Shown here piece by piece: positions 51,871 to 64,000 of a DNA stretch of 64,000 nucleotides; the first letter of the stretch is position 1, and every line of letters starts with the position of its first letter. The notes beneath the pieces are model-generated. The model saw only the letters and a program-made list of their open reading frames with translations, ran no database searches and had not been told where the DNA came from. The stretch covers positions 2,356,001-2,420,000 of the forward strand of contig NC_135250.1 of NCBI RefSeq assembly GCF_964204865.1, read 5' to 3'. The translations under genes and the position numbers were made by a program. The DNA is from Styela clava (taxonomy: Eukaryota).

Positions 51871-52394
51871 TATAAAACATTAGGGCCAGAAGTGCAGAAT
51901 CGGAAAGACCTGTCTTTTCAAAACACAGTTACAGTTGTCTTAGCTTCCTATAGTAGTAGTTGCCGCTTTTCAGAATCTTGTTCACAGGTGAACATATGAA
52001 AAACGCCGTATACAAAAACAGTTTTACGCCGACCAGCAAATGCTAAAAATATTTAATGAAACAACATTGTTGGCGCCTTGCTGTCCTTGACCATTTTGAA
52101 CTGTTGCCCAACAGACAACTGACTAATTCAGGATGTTTTTCGCTCGAGTATTTTCATCATCGATTGGTTCCTAGTGTTTAGGAATGATACCATCTTTGGA
52201 CACGTGGTTGGCGAAAATAGAAATAAACTTTTCTGTAAATAACTATTATAGAAATTATCGTTCCATTCGTTATGTGGTGTTTCCACACATTTACCGACTC
52301 AAGTATGATGTAGTAATACACCTGACATTGGCGAACTAGGGCCCACGGGTGGTCAAATCCGGGCCATTGGATGATTCAATCGGCCCCCCGTGAT

Positions 52395-52651
52395 CAGGGG
52401 CGTAGCCAAAAAATTTCAAAGGGGGGGAGTTGAGGATCTGGATTTTTTTTGCCAAGTTAGATCGAAACGGCTAGCGGGTCCGATCGAACGCTGGAATACG
52501 CGTGTTTTTAGTAGTCTTAGGGGTCTAAAAAGCATTTCAAGCTACGGAAAATTGCCATCTATGATACAGAAAAATGATTTTATTTTTTTTACATTTCAAA
52601 AAGGGGGGGGGGGGGTCGACCCACAAAACCACCCCCCTGGCTACGCCACTG
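52395..52651. mobile_element. hAT-type MITE (CAGGGGCGTAGCCA ends)
   Basis: TSD cccgtgat/cccctgat; nested in another MITE. Confidence 0.82.
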
Positions 52652-52921
52652 CCCCTGATGCTGCACGTGTTCTTGTAAATAATACGATATCCGTCACCAC
52701 TCACCACTATAACACAAATCATTTACGTAACACTTACATGGCCCGCCAGTCTGAATGGGCAAAATTTTGACCCTACTTCGAAAATCTTGTCCATACTTTT
52801 ATACACGTTACGAAGATAAATTGCCAATAAATTCATATGTGAGACGTTTATTTAAGTTAGAATAGCTATTTTATCAACTCGAATCCACAGATTTCGTTTC
52901 CGGTGATGCGAGCTTCTAGAG

Positions 52922-53565
52922 CAGTGCTCTTCAACAGGGGTTCCGCGGAACCCTAGGGTTCCGCAACACATGCAGTGGGGTTCCGTAAGTCTATAGGGTT
53001 CCTTAGGGGTTCCGCGTAAAGGAAGAATTGACTGCTGAGCCAGTAAAGTTGCAAAAAATGATTATTCTTTGTTTCCGTTTTTGGATGAATTTCTAAGTGC
53101 GCAACAGCAAGAAGGACTCTTAGATATCTGCAATGATATTAATTCGGAGAAAACCTTCGAAAAACATGGAAAGGAATATTTTTTGGGTACAACCGTTGCA
53201 AAATAAGCATTAAAACTTCTGTGTCAATTTCCCAATACCTATTTGTGTAAATTAGCATTTTCTGCATTAACAACTATTAAAAACAAAAAAGAAGTTTTAA
53301 AAGAGTGTAGACATGAGTATGAGAATTGCTTTGAGCGCCGTGGAGCCACGATTCAAGAAGATTGCAAAGGAAATGCAAGAACAACCTAGTCATTGGAGTT
53401 CACGCTTGTTACCTTTCTTTCTGTTTCGTTGTTGAAGTAGAGATATTTGAATTACAAATATTTCGTGTTACGAGTATTTCGTGTTAATTTTCATTTTTGT
53501 TATTTGGGGTTCCGTAAAAAATGATATCAGGGGTTCCGCAATAACAAAAAGGTTGAAGAGCACTG
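52922..53565 (+). mobile_element. Internally deleted hAT (Buster/Charlie-type) transposon with C-terminal transposase remnant
   Basis: TIR CAGTGCTCTTCAAC and perfect TSD ttctagag. Disrupted frames give ALKLLCQFPNTYLCKLAFSALTTIKNKK and MRIALSAVEPRFKKIAKEMQEQPSH (hAT dimerisation region). Confidence 0.9.
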
Positions 53566-54917
53566 TTCTAGAGCCAACTCTTGAATACCCGCGTTTTCCG
53601 ACCCGCTGGCTGTTCCGATGGCAATTAGATATTCCTTGCTACGTACCTATTTATGGGTATTACCAAAAGTGTTTTTTCGGTCCCAATACTGTTCTTTCGG
53701 ACGACAATCCAATCACAGGGTCCGCACATTGTTAATTTCCCCGCGTCTGTGAAGAGACGTCTGATCGGAGTAATAATTATAAGAACACAAAAGAGAAATC
53801 AGACTTGAGTCAGCTCTAATTATTTCCTGCTTTTCATTTTCACACGATTCGTGATTTGAATGTGTCAACATTGGGGAATGGCAGTTGAAGTCAAAATTTA
53901 CAATCAGTACTTCTAACTCCTGTTGAATCCAACCGATTGTGGTGAATATATGAGAACCTTTTCCAGTTATCCCCCCTAATATATAAATACTCACACTCAC
54001 ATCTCATCAATTTATTACCCATTTAGTGGGGGGAGGGGGGGGGTCTGATTATGGGGACATCATTTTGTTACTGTCAACCCCAATCCCCCCCCCCCTCCTC
54101 GATAACTTTCTGAGTAATTTTCTTCAAATTTGTTCTGATTCAATTAGTGTATCGTAAATCACAACCTAACTTATAATTAACGAACACAAATGGAAAAATT
54201 CTGTTGTAGCGGTGAAATCAAAAACGTTTATGCCTCAACATAATATATTTAGGGTGCAAAGTTCAAGTTGAATACGTAATTCTTAAAAATGTTTCCAAGG
54301 TCACAGTAACCGCTTACTTGTAATTATTATGGAACAATTCAGGTTGTTAAGCGAGTGGTTTTAGATTGTGGCGTCATAAAACGCAATTTGGACGTAGGCT
54401 ATCTGTTCGTTGATCGATTGCACTCGTACTTTTGCGGTGTTTCGATTTTGGCGTAGTGCGTTGCGGCAGACCGCGTTTGAGACAGATTTTGTCCATTTCA
54501 AACGTGGACTGTGATTAAATATGCTCTTAGCGGGATAATCTTGCTTGGCTGTGTTGTTCAAAGTCTAGGCAAAGAGTTCACCGGTCGCGTGCGTGATTTT
54601 GTTGTTTTTCAAATTCTGATTTCTATCTATGAACTGTTATGTCATAGACTTGTTGTCATTCGCGTGATTGTTCACTGTATATTAGTCATTGTTTACAACA
54701 GTCGTCTGCCAACTACTGTCTGTGACGTAATACTGCTACATTTTCTCATGCCAATTGTGATGAGTCAATAACAAAAGCCATTCATCTGTTCTATGGTTTC
54801 CCGAGGTAGAATTGAACAAATTATTGTTTCAATATCAGGAGGAGTATAAACCAACCTTTTTCGCAGGCGGGCCAGATCTCCATAGGTTCTCAAATTACCC
54901 CATATGGTGCCCCCGGG

Positions 54918-55162
54918 CAGGGGCGTAGCCAAAAAGTTTCAGAAGGGGGGGTTCTGAATTTTTTTGCCAAGTTAGATCGAAACTGCTAGCGGGTCCGATC
55001 GAACGCTTGAATACGCGTGTTTTTATTAGTCTTGGGGTCTAAAAAGCATTTCAAGCTACGGAAAATTGCTATCTATGATACAGAAAAATAATTTCATTTT
55101 TTTACATTTAAAAAGGGGGGGGGGGGTCGACTCGCAAAACCACCCCCCTGGCTACGCCACTG
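54918..55162. mobile_element. hAT-type MITE (CAGGGGCGTAGCCA ends)
   Basis: Near-identical to the 52395 copy; TSD cccccggg/cccctggg. Confidence 0.82.
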
Positions 55163-55267
55163 CCCCTGGGCTACGTCAGGGGCTCCGCGAGCTATTCGTT
55201 CACTTGACAAAATACTAAATATATTTTGAATACAAAGCAGCTAATACATCAGAGTCATTGAAAAAAG

Positions 55268-55377
55268 GGACCTCCTGAAGTATGCGCACCAATATGGCGC
55301 ACAACCTGAACTCAGGTTGTGTACCAGGTTAGGCTTCAGGTTATGCGACATCTTAGTGCGCATACTTCAGGAGTACC
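55268..55377. mobile_element. Merlin-type MITE, 110-bp family
   Basis: TSD gaaaaaag/gaataaag. Further decayed copies at ~56528-56633 and ~59637-59740. Confidence 0.8.
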
Positions 55378-56229
55378 GAATAAAGTAATTTTAGATTATT
55401 CAGTGACATTAATCGGAATAACGATGTGTTATTTGTTCTAATTTTTGTAAATTGATTTGCGGGGCTCCGTGGATAATAGTCAATCTCTTCACGGGCTCCA
55501 TAACACCAAAAGTTTGAGAAACTCTTGTTATTAACCACAGCACAACACGCCCAATTGGAAAACAGAAAACGATGATTTTTTTTCAAGATTTTCAATGACT
55601 TCAAGACACATTGTATCAAGAAAATGGAAATGTTGTAAAACAAAAGTCATAATGAGTTGGGTTGCGCGAGACTAACTCCCCATCCTTTCCTTATGCCTTT
55701 ATGGTAGTGGATCCGTATGCGTATAATGTAGCAGGAATAAATATGACCATAGTACGCGAGTCCAGCTGCCCACGAACGCAAACGTATTTCTGTGTTTTAC
55801 AGAATTGAGTAGTGAAAACAAAAGACGTTTGCTTTTAACTAAGTCACTGTCATTTATCACGTCTTACCAAAAATTAGCGGCCAAAGTCCGGGACATATAC
55901 TTTTCTTCTGTCGGCGTTTTTATTTCTTTTGTAGCGTTTTAACGCGGAAAGCTATCGTGGCTAATATTTTAGGATGAATAGAAAAATATAAATAATTATC
56001 GATGACGACGCCTTACTTTAAGACAATAGAATGCGCGACTAATACTTTTATTTTGTAGGCGCCCAGCCTTTTATGCGGAGATTAAATTTTTCGGGATAAT
56101 TGTGGTGCCGATTTAACAATCATCACTTTATCTAAAATGCCAGAAATATGGAACCCATTTAGTTTTTAATGTGATAAACGACACTATAACAGGCATTCTC
56201 ATAGATAACACTTTCTGATATGAGACTTC

Positions 56230-56456
56230 GGGCTCCCGAAGTATGCGAACCAAGATGGCGGACATCGGAACGTAAAAAGTGTACTAGGTTAGGGTTAGGC
56301 CATAATTTTAGGTATAAATACTACGGGAGGCTCTTGGCTAGTCTTCGAACTGATAATAGGACTAAAATAAGGAAAATTGGAAAAAAAATTATCGCCTAAC
56401 CCTAACCTGTTACCCATGTTACGTTCCGATGTCTGCCATCTTGGTTCGCATACTTC
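56230..56456. mobile_element. Merlin-type MITE, 236-bp family, opposite orientation, one end clipped
   Basis: Reverse complement of the 28160 copy. Confidence 0.8.
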
Positions 56457-57599
56457 TTTGAACCCAGACATAACGACCTGCTTATTTGTATCGGCAGCGA
56501 CAGGGTCGCAGTCATTAATTTTTAAAAAAATATATGCACATCAAGATGTCGCACAATCTTAACCCTAGCCTGGTACACATACACACTATGTTCAGGTTGT
56601 GCGACATCTTGGTGCGCATACTTCGGGAGGTCTAAAAAGTGTGTGTGTGTCTGGGGGGTTTTAACATTTGCTATTGTCAAGATAGACCGCAACAGTTAGC
56701 GAGTCCGTCCGGAAAACTTGACTTTTCGAGGAATCTTTAGGGTTTAAAAAGCGTTTCAAGCCACAGAAATTCCTATGTATGGTACAGATTAAAAAAAAAA
56801 ATAAGGGAGGGGGGGGGGTGATCGTATTTTGATTAATGATTTATATTGCTTACGGCGAATTCTGGTCTGGACTCAAGTTGTCATCAAGAGAGATAATGTG
56901 AGAGAGCGATCAATCAACGAATATTGTACTTTTCGTTTACTTCAAAGGATGCCGCATACAATGTCATATATCATGATGGCTGACGATACAACACAGTATA
57001 ATCTTGCCCTAAATATCTCACAGCTTTTTTCCATGTACGTGTACTATGTACGTATGACTATCAAGGAAAAACACGCCTGCTATCGATATTCTTTCTCCAA
57101 ATGAACCAACCGAGATAGATGAAAATGCGCGATTGTATACCTTGGATAACTTCAACAGCGAAGTGAGTGTCTGGCTGTATTTATCTAGCATTCTTCAGTG
57201 CAAAAGGCACGAATGAGCGTCGTATTACGTCATTATGCAAAAAAAATGATTTCCCCACCCCACTATTTTAGGATGGCTACCTTTTTTACTTTGTTCTGGA
57301 TATAATAAATACTGTATATGTCTTGGTTTGGAGATACATTTCGTAAAATGAAAATGGTCTGAAAGATTCAAATACCAGCGAACATGAAAACCCGAATTAT
57401 AGACTATAGAGAAAAGGCCCAAAAGACTAAACATAATTGAATTCGCATTACACCATGAGAAGGCGTCATAATGACAGGAAATTATGTCCGTTAATGCGTT
57501 TAATACACAATTTTTATCCATTATCACTGATCAAAACGCTGATTACATTCCAAGATAATTTTTGTAAAAGATAATTTCTGTTATCAGACATCAAAGTGT

Positions 57600-58330
57600 A
57601 AGAACATCTGTTGTATTGTAGCTGTTTTTTGATCTTTCACGTATTTTCTAAAAAGTCCGACGTAATGCGTGAAACCGCCACCTTCTGGTCACTTTCGGCG
57701 TTGCCAGATAATAATAAGGCAAAATCAGTATTTTTAGTGGAATTTTATGGCTGGGCTACTCAAGCGGCGGTCCGAATCCGGACCTTACGAGTATTTGATT
57801 CGGACCGCATTCTTTATTTCGGATCATTTGCTCTACTTTGGATATGTGAAGGTTCCCTTTTATATTTTGCATGACTCCATTATTTTTAAAGGTTATTCTA
57901 TAATTTTCTTATATTTGCACCTGACAACATATGAAAAGATCTGTAATGCTGAGGAAATGCGCGTTTAAAAATGTCAAAATATTATATCTGTAATGGCCGG
58001 ACCCTAGTAATTTTTAAGTTTGTTTACGGATCTTTGGAAAAAATAGTTGATAATCTATGTTTTATGGGATCAAATCTCTATAATATCTACGCTGCTGTTT
58101 TTATTATATTTAAGGTATTTTCCGACGTAATGCGTGAAACCGCCACCTTCTGGTCATTTTCATGGTTGCCAGATAATAATAAGGAAAAATCAGTAAGTTT
58201 AGTGAAATTTTATGGGATCAAAATTCTATAATATCTACGCTGTTTTTCGATCTTTTGCGTATTTTAAAAAAATTCCGACGTAATGCGTGAAACCGCCAAC
58301 TTCTGGTCACTTTCAGTGTTTCCAGATGAT
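57600..58330. repeat. Three diverged tandem repeats interrupted by a hAT MITE
   Basis: ccgacgtaatgcgtgaaaccgcca.cttctggtca at ~57657, ~58122 and ~58275. Confidence 0.75.
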
Positions 58331-59908
58331 TAGAAAAAATTCGATATTTTTTAAAGCGTTTATGAGAACACAAACTCTCGTATGCCTCAATGAAACTGCC
58401 CTGATGAAGTTTGTTTATATAAAACAATAAAACCATTACACGATTTATTATTATTATCAATTTTATCTTCTAATTACTTAGTATTCCGCGAGGCGAGATA
58501 AAAAGCGTAAGTATTCCGGGGAAAAAAAAACTTGAGAAACCCTGGTATAGATAGAACATAGTTTATGAAACTTGGAGCCGTTTGCTGGGGGAGCAAGAAC
58601 CTTCACTAAGTATCATCCGTCACGACGACATTATCTGAAGTAAATTGACAATGGTTCGGTCAATTCTTTGGCTTTAATTCATTTATACTTCACTTTCGTA
58701 TTTGAAAAGCCTCCTTCAGAGTGAAGTCTGGGAAAATAATTAATAACTCGGCCAAGTCAATATAATACTAATAACTTTACCAATTTAAGAAAATCATTCA
58801 TAATCAAATGACCTCTGACCCTTCTGAAACGGAAATACCTCACGAAACCCGGAATTTGCTAAACATATCCCAAGTACAAGGATTAATAGCACGGCCCATG
58901 TTAATATAATATTTTCACCAATTCAAGAAAATCATTACAACCAAATGACCTTTGACCCTTTTGAACGGAAACAACTCTCGAAACCGGAATTTGATAAACA
59001 TATCCCAAAACAATTCAAAATATTCTCTTGTTCGCCTGGACAAATATTATCCCGTCTATCACGGAACATACTTTATATCATAACGGGCCTATACTACATC
59101 GATTACATATGGCCCATGCCTCTTCGATATTGTCTACGCATGGTCCAATTTTCTTACATTAAAAAAGATATTTCGCTTAAGTGCTTGAATGAATATGCTT
59201 TTAATAAGCCTTGATAAATATTGACGAACATGGGCGTGTCACAGGTTGTCTGGTAGAATCGTAATGAGCGGGAATATACTGATAAAATGTTTGATTAGCT
59301 GTCATTAGAATGTAGTGCTAACGTGACTTTGGTCTCGTTGGAATCTGAGCTCGATTTGTGATTAATGCGTTAATATATGCCACGGGTCGGCAACCTTTAG
59401 CTTTGAAAGAGCCATTCGCATCCTTCCCGTTAAACCTAGGATTCTAGTTATTACTAAGAAAGAGCCTAATAAATTACGAAAAGAAAAAGAAAAAGTTTGT
59501 TTTGACAGATCTGAATCGCCTTAATGCGACCTATTTTTACCGCTCCCGACTTATACCGGCTGTGATGTGTAATTAGTGAGTAGTAAACGACTTTATGCTC
59601 CCGACTTTCATTGAATCCCCACTGCTTTAAACGAAAGGCGCTCCCTAAGTATTTGTACCAAGATGGTGCACAACCTGAACATAGTATGTGTACCAAGTTA
59701 GAGTTGTTCAGGATGTGCGTCATGTCGCATGCGGTTCCGACTGTAGTTTTGAGCTTAACTGTGTTTGCATCCCGAATTAAAAGTGTCGAAAACAAATCCC
59801 ATCCCCAGTGTCTCACCTAAGACGAAATGTAGCATTTCCGGATCAGAAAGAACCTGTTTTAGGTCTCATCGCGTACTCAATTTTGATCATTATTATTTTT
59901 CTTTCTAG

Positions 59909-59983
59909 GCGACGACCAATTAGGTGATGTTGACTTATCTCAGTCAGATAATTCTTGCTCTTTGTTAGATATTGATCTCTACC
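59909..59983 (+). CDS. Probable small acidic exon of the VWDE-like gene
   Basis: Strong acceptor ttttctttctag| and donor C|gtgagc. 75 nt, open, phase 1-1, encoding DDQLGDVDLSQSDNSCSLLDIDLY in frame with the next exon. Confidence 0.55.
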
Positions 59984-60138
59984 GTGAGCTCACTAACTCA
60001 AGGTTTTAGAACCCTCCATGTAAATTTCAAATATGGCATGTTAAAATCTTTAAATTATGCTCAATTTTGAACATTTCTCGATTACAGAACAATTTCAGAT
60101 ATTATGCTAAATTTCATTCATTTTCACTTTCTTTTCAG

Positions 60139-60338
60139 ACGACGACCGATTTGCTGATGACATATCTGAATGTAGAACTGACAGTCATGAAGTCTTGCAC
60201 GACCCAGCCAGACGCGTCCTGGAGACTGTACCACTCGGAGGACATACGGGAACTCTATGTGATTCGACCCTGACACCAGGATGGTACAGGTTTTCCCTCG
60301 ATGGAAGAGCAGCCGATATGGCGGGCGAATGCATGCTG
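60139..60338 (+). CDS. VWDE: VWDE-like protein (UMOD/GP2/OIT3 D8C/D10C domain), first domain exon
   Basis: Acceptor ttcttttcag| and donor CTG|gtaggt. Translation ..ECRTDSHEVLHDPARR..LCDSTLTPGWYRFSLDGRAADMAGECML resembles the N-terminal D8C domain of VWDE. The symbol is tentative because downstream domains lie outside the window. Confidence 0.85.
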
Positions 60339-60353
60339 GTAGGTCAAATGATA

Positions 60354-60559
60354 CAGGGTGTCAATAAAATCCCTTTACAATTTCAATTTTGTTATGAAGT
60401 CAGTTCTCAACATATCTTAACCAGGTTTGTTGTTTTTTAATCAGTAAGTATTCAAGTATTTTCACTTCATTTAGTACATCTATGAGGCCCAAAACAATAT
60501 ATGGTATCGATAAATTCCCTTTGCAATTTGAAACATTTTAAGACCTCTTGGGCACCCTA
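60354..60559. mobile_element. Tc1/mariner-like MITE in VWDE-like intron
   Basis: Same family as 16993-17219; begins 15 bp after the splice donor. Confidence 0.7.
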
Positions 60560-60774
60560 TATATCTTTATATAAAGGTGGCTGGTTGTACAGCTCCCTTT
60601 GAAGTTAAAAGGCACGAAAAGATAGTGTGAAAATAGTGATAGTGATAGTGTGATAGTGTTTTGAGATTTTAATTTTCAATATGCTTCTTTTACTCGACAT
60701 TCAAAGGTCTTCTTTGTAAAGGTCTTCTTCTTAAGTTCGATGTTATAAATCTTTGATTTTCGGGAAACTTTCAG

Positions 60775-61057
60775 CCTAACCAATGTGGGACATCGACCCC
60801 AATCTGGCTTCGCGCCAAAAAGAACGAATCAATCGAGACATATGACGACAGACCTGTGTTGCCAGGAAAACACCAATCAAAATCCATCATGGCTTGTGTA
60901 TCTGTCCAATCAGATTGCTGCGCTCATCTTGTGCCAGTTCAAGTCCGGAACTGCGGGGAATACTTTGTTTATTTCCTGTGGATAACAAAACCTGTGAAGG
61001 AAGCTGTAGCTTGCCCTTCCTTCTGTGCGGAGAGCAAGGCTGCAACAACAAGAAAAG
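60775..61057 (+). CDS. VWDE: VWDE-like protein, second D8C/D10C exon; gene continues beyond window
   Basis: Acceptor actttcag| and donor AAG|gtaaat. Translation PNQCGTSTPIWL...ACVSVQSDCCAHLVPVQVRNCGEYFVYFL...ACPSFCAE. Ten cysteines across the two domain exons. Confidence 0.87.
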
Positions 61058-62094
61058 GTAAATTGTATCTTTTATATCTGACATGGGTACAGTACGGTCC
61101 GCGGCTCAATTCTGCATGCATCACATATAGCAATCTTTATGTTATTGAAATCTGTATGGAGCAATAGGCTTGTTAGATTGTGATTGCGGTCTGTGTAAGT
61201 TGGATTTTAGGTCGCCACAGTTACACACTTAAATCGCCAGCCATCCTATGTAGGCAAATTTTTTTGGCCTTGCCCACCCCTGAAAAAATTTTTTGTTTGT
61301 ATTTTGCTCCCAATATGCCGTGATAATCTAATTAATCACAAATGATTTTAAATGCACCAGTACAATCAGAAATTAGGGTTAGAAGATGAATGCCAATCGC
61401 TGTTTCAATGGCGATTCTGAATTGAACATACGTCATCGTTCTGACGTCATCAGACTTCGATTTGAAAAAGAATGTTGTATTTCGTATGTGAGTTATTCCA
61501 TATGTCCAATATTAAACAGTTATATTCCTCAAGTACTTCAAACTAATAGAATAAATATTTACATGTCTGTCGTATCAAAATATGCATACGTCATCACTCT
61601 GGCGTCATCTCCCTAAGTTTTCACAAAGAGATGTATTTCATATGTTTTCAAATGATATATCGACATCTTTGTATTATCGCCGACATCGAGTAATTTGTGA
61701 TTAAACCTTGCAACGCAGCTGGCGAGAATCACCTGGTGTTGTCGAGCTAAGGCTACCTTATTGTTGATAACAAACTTTAAAGCTATTTGAGTTTTTCTCA
61801 TAATGCGATTTCTCAGTATTATTTCCACTTATGGGCGTTGGAAGATATTATACATTTCGTGTGTCCAAGCTTGTCCGGATATCTGCCGGATTTATCGGAT
61901 AATCCTAATTACGCTCCAACCACAATCGCATTATCACGATGAACTTTGGAGAAATTGTGTAAAATTTCGCTGCTATTGTTATCTGATCTCGACCGCCACT
62001 TGTAAACAAATAAGTTTTCATGTCTGTGGTTTGATAGGTGGTCTAAGTTAGATAGCTGTACCAGGAGATCGGCATTTTTATGGTTAAATGCTTC

Positions 62095-63380
62095 TTACGT
62101 TACCGATGGAAGATGTACAAACCTTGTACATATGTCCATACAAAATAGGGTTTTATTATTATTATTTAGTTTTCGTGGTTTCTCTGGTATACTATTATAA
62201 AATGACTTTTCATGTTAAAGGGGTGACATGTGAATTTAAAGGAGTTACCTGCGGCTTAAAGGAGGTGACTCGTGCTTTTTTTTACAACAGACAATATAAA
62301 ATGCACAACGTACGATGTACAAGCCCTGTACGAATGTTATGAATAAATATTCTGAATTCGCGTTTTTCCGCGTTCTGGAAGATCGGCGCTTTTGCGGTAA
62401 AACGCTTCTTATGCGAACGATGGACGATGTACAAAGACTTGCACAAATAATATGGTCTTGAACACTCTCCATGATCTGTTTGTCTGGCATACTAATTGGA
62501 AAATGACTTTCAATGTTAAAGGGGACGACACGTGAATTAAAGGGAGTTACCTCTGGATTAAAGGAGGTGACTTGTGCTGTAATTTTGTAATGTAAAAACA
62601 GCCAATATAAAGTTCACAAAGTACGAATTAAAAAGCCTTGTACGAGAGAATAAATATTTTAAATTCGCGTTTTTCCGATTATATGAGTACAAAGGGAACA
62701 CGCTTGCTTTCGCTTGGGCGATTACAATGTGTGAGCTTGAATTAGGTATGGGGGGGGGGGGGGGGGGGGTTACATGGCGACCCCCTGACTACGACTATGG
62801 CTCAAGTGTACACAATTTTTATACCACTGACTGCGAACTTTGTATATACGAATGGCCGCGTGTCTAGAAGCTTTCCTCGTAACAAACCCATTCAGGTCTT
62901 TTGTACATATAAAAACCTTGAGGTACATTATTTATATTTTTATCTGAAAAAACAAAGCACAAGTCACTCTCTTTATTTCACGCGTCGCCCCCTTTAATTA
63001 ACAAGTCACTTCCTTTAATTCACGAGTCGCCCCCTTTAATTAACAAGTCACTTCCTTTAATTCACGAGTCACCCCCTTCAATTAACACGTCACCCCCTTT
63101 AATTCGCGTGTCTCCCTCTTTATCAATACCAACAATCTCTAATTAGTGTACCAGACGGAAAGTGGGAAGTGTGTATTTCGTGTTCAGACACCCAAACAGG
63201 CACGAAATAATGCTTTTGCTTTGTTGTTCCTATAGCTTGTTATTCATCAATGCACATAGTACGATGTACGAAACCTTGTACGAATGTTAAGGATAAATAT
63301 TTTGAATTCGTGTTTTTCCGATTATATGGGTATAAGGGGGGCGCGTTTGCCTTGGTCTGAACTCTGGACGATTACAATAG
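62095..63380. repeat. Complex direct and inverted repeat cluster with ~20-bp minisatellite
   Basis: aaaggggtgacatgtgaatt units on both strands and repeated acgatgtacaa.ccttgtac blocks. Confidence 0.65.
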
Positions 63381-63551
63381 TAAGATAGATAGTTTATTCG
63401 AAAACTCCATAACAAACATAAATTTAAAATGGAGAATTCTGGAGGGCAAGCAAAACCTATAAAAAAGTTTAAAACATGAGAAGTATCTCATGTTCCCGCC
63501 TTTGACAAATAAAACAAAAAACACGATAGTATTACACGATACACGATAAGT

Positions 63552-63787
63552 GGTGCTCCCGAAGTATGCGAACCAAGATGGCGGACATCGGAACGTAACA
63601 TGGGTAACAGGTTAGGGTTAGGTGATAATTTCTTTCCAATTTTCCTTATTTTAGTCCTATTATCAGTTCGAAGACTAGCCAAGAGCATCCCGTAGTATTT
63701 ATACATAAAATCATGGCCTAACCCTAACCTAGTACACATATTACATTCCGTTGTCCGCCATCTTGGTTCGCATACTTCGGGAGCCCC
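63552..63787. mobile_element. Merlin-type MITE, 236-bp family
   Basis: GG..CC termini and perfect 8-bp TSD cgataagt. Confidence 0.88.
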
Positions 63788-64000
63788 CGATAAGTATTAA
63801 ACGTTCGGGCTGTTGTACTTTCAACAATTACGTTGATAATAACCAATACCTACAACCTCATGCAAAGATACTGTGGGGAGTGGAATGTAATAAATTTGCG
63901 GCGATAGTCATACTCAGGAAGCCATGAAAGATTCAAGAAAAACCAAGCCATGAAAAACTACACTGATTGCTAGATTGGGCATTGCGGAAAAGGTGATAAG

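Noticed and set aside
59909-59983. Two 15-nt microexons separated by a 45-nt intron
   Set aside because: The putative intron is in frame and stop-free, so a single 75-nt exon is simpler.
61425-61452. Minus-strand CTGATGA followed by a 5-bp stem
   Set aside because: There is no GAAA after the stem. The same problem applies to CTGATGA at 58401.
62750-62769. Long G homopolymer (and C-runs at ~16124, ~27438) as G-quadruplexes
   Set aside because: Simple homopolymers of uncertain assembled length with no other support.
63881-63902. miR-1-like TGGAATGTAA
   Set aside because: Only 10 nt match and no convincing precursor hairpin was seen.

Overview
Eukaryotic, AT-rich, repeat-dense animal DNA. The intron style and repeat families suggest an invertebrate chordate such as an ascidian, but this is inference. 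Three spliced protein-coding genes can be rebuilt by hand from splice sites: (1) a THIK-type (KCNK12/13-like) two-pore K+ channel on the minus strand, with three exons visible and the gene running off the left edge; (2) a complete 3-exon, 578-aa NXPE/PC-esterase family gene on the minus strand; (3) the N-terminal exons of a VWDE-like D8C/D10C-domain protein on the plus strand, running off the right edge. There is one intact tRNA-Arg(CCT). Most other ORFs in the supplied track are spurious translations of repeats. The intergenic DNA holds Merlin-type MITEs (GG..CC ends, 8-9 bp TSDs, YY1-like and TTAGGG motifs), many hAT MITEs including a deleted Buster transposase remnant, Tc1/pogo-like MITEs, DINE-1/Helentron-like elements, a tRNA-derived SINE, two minisatellites and local tandem duplications. 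The most unusual item is a minimal, Penelope/retrozyme-type hammerhead ribozyme core forming the loop of a ~59-bp inverted repeat at 50606-50753, with decayed relatives elsewhere in the window.
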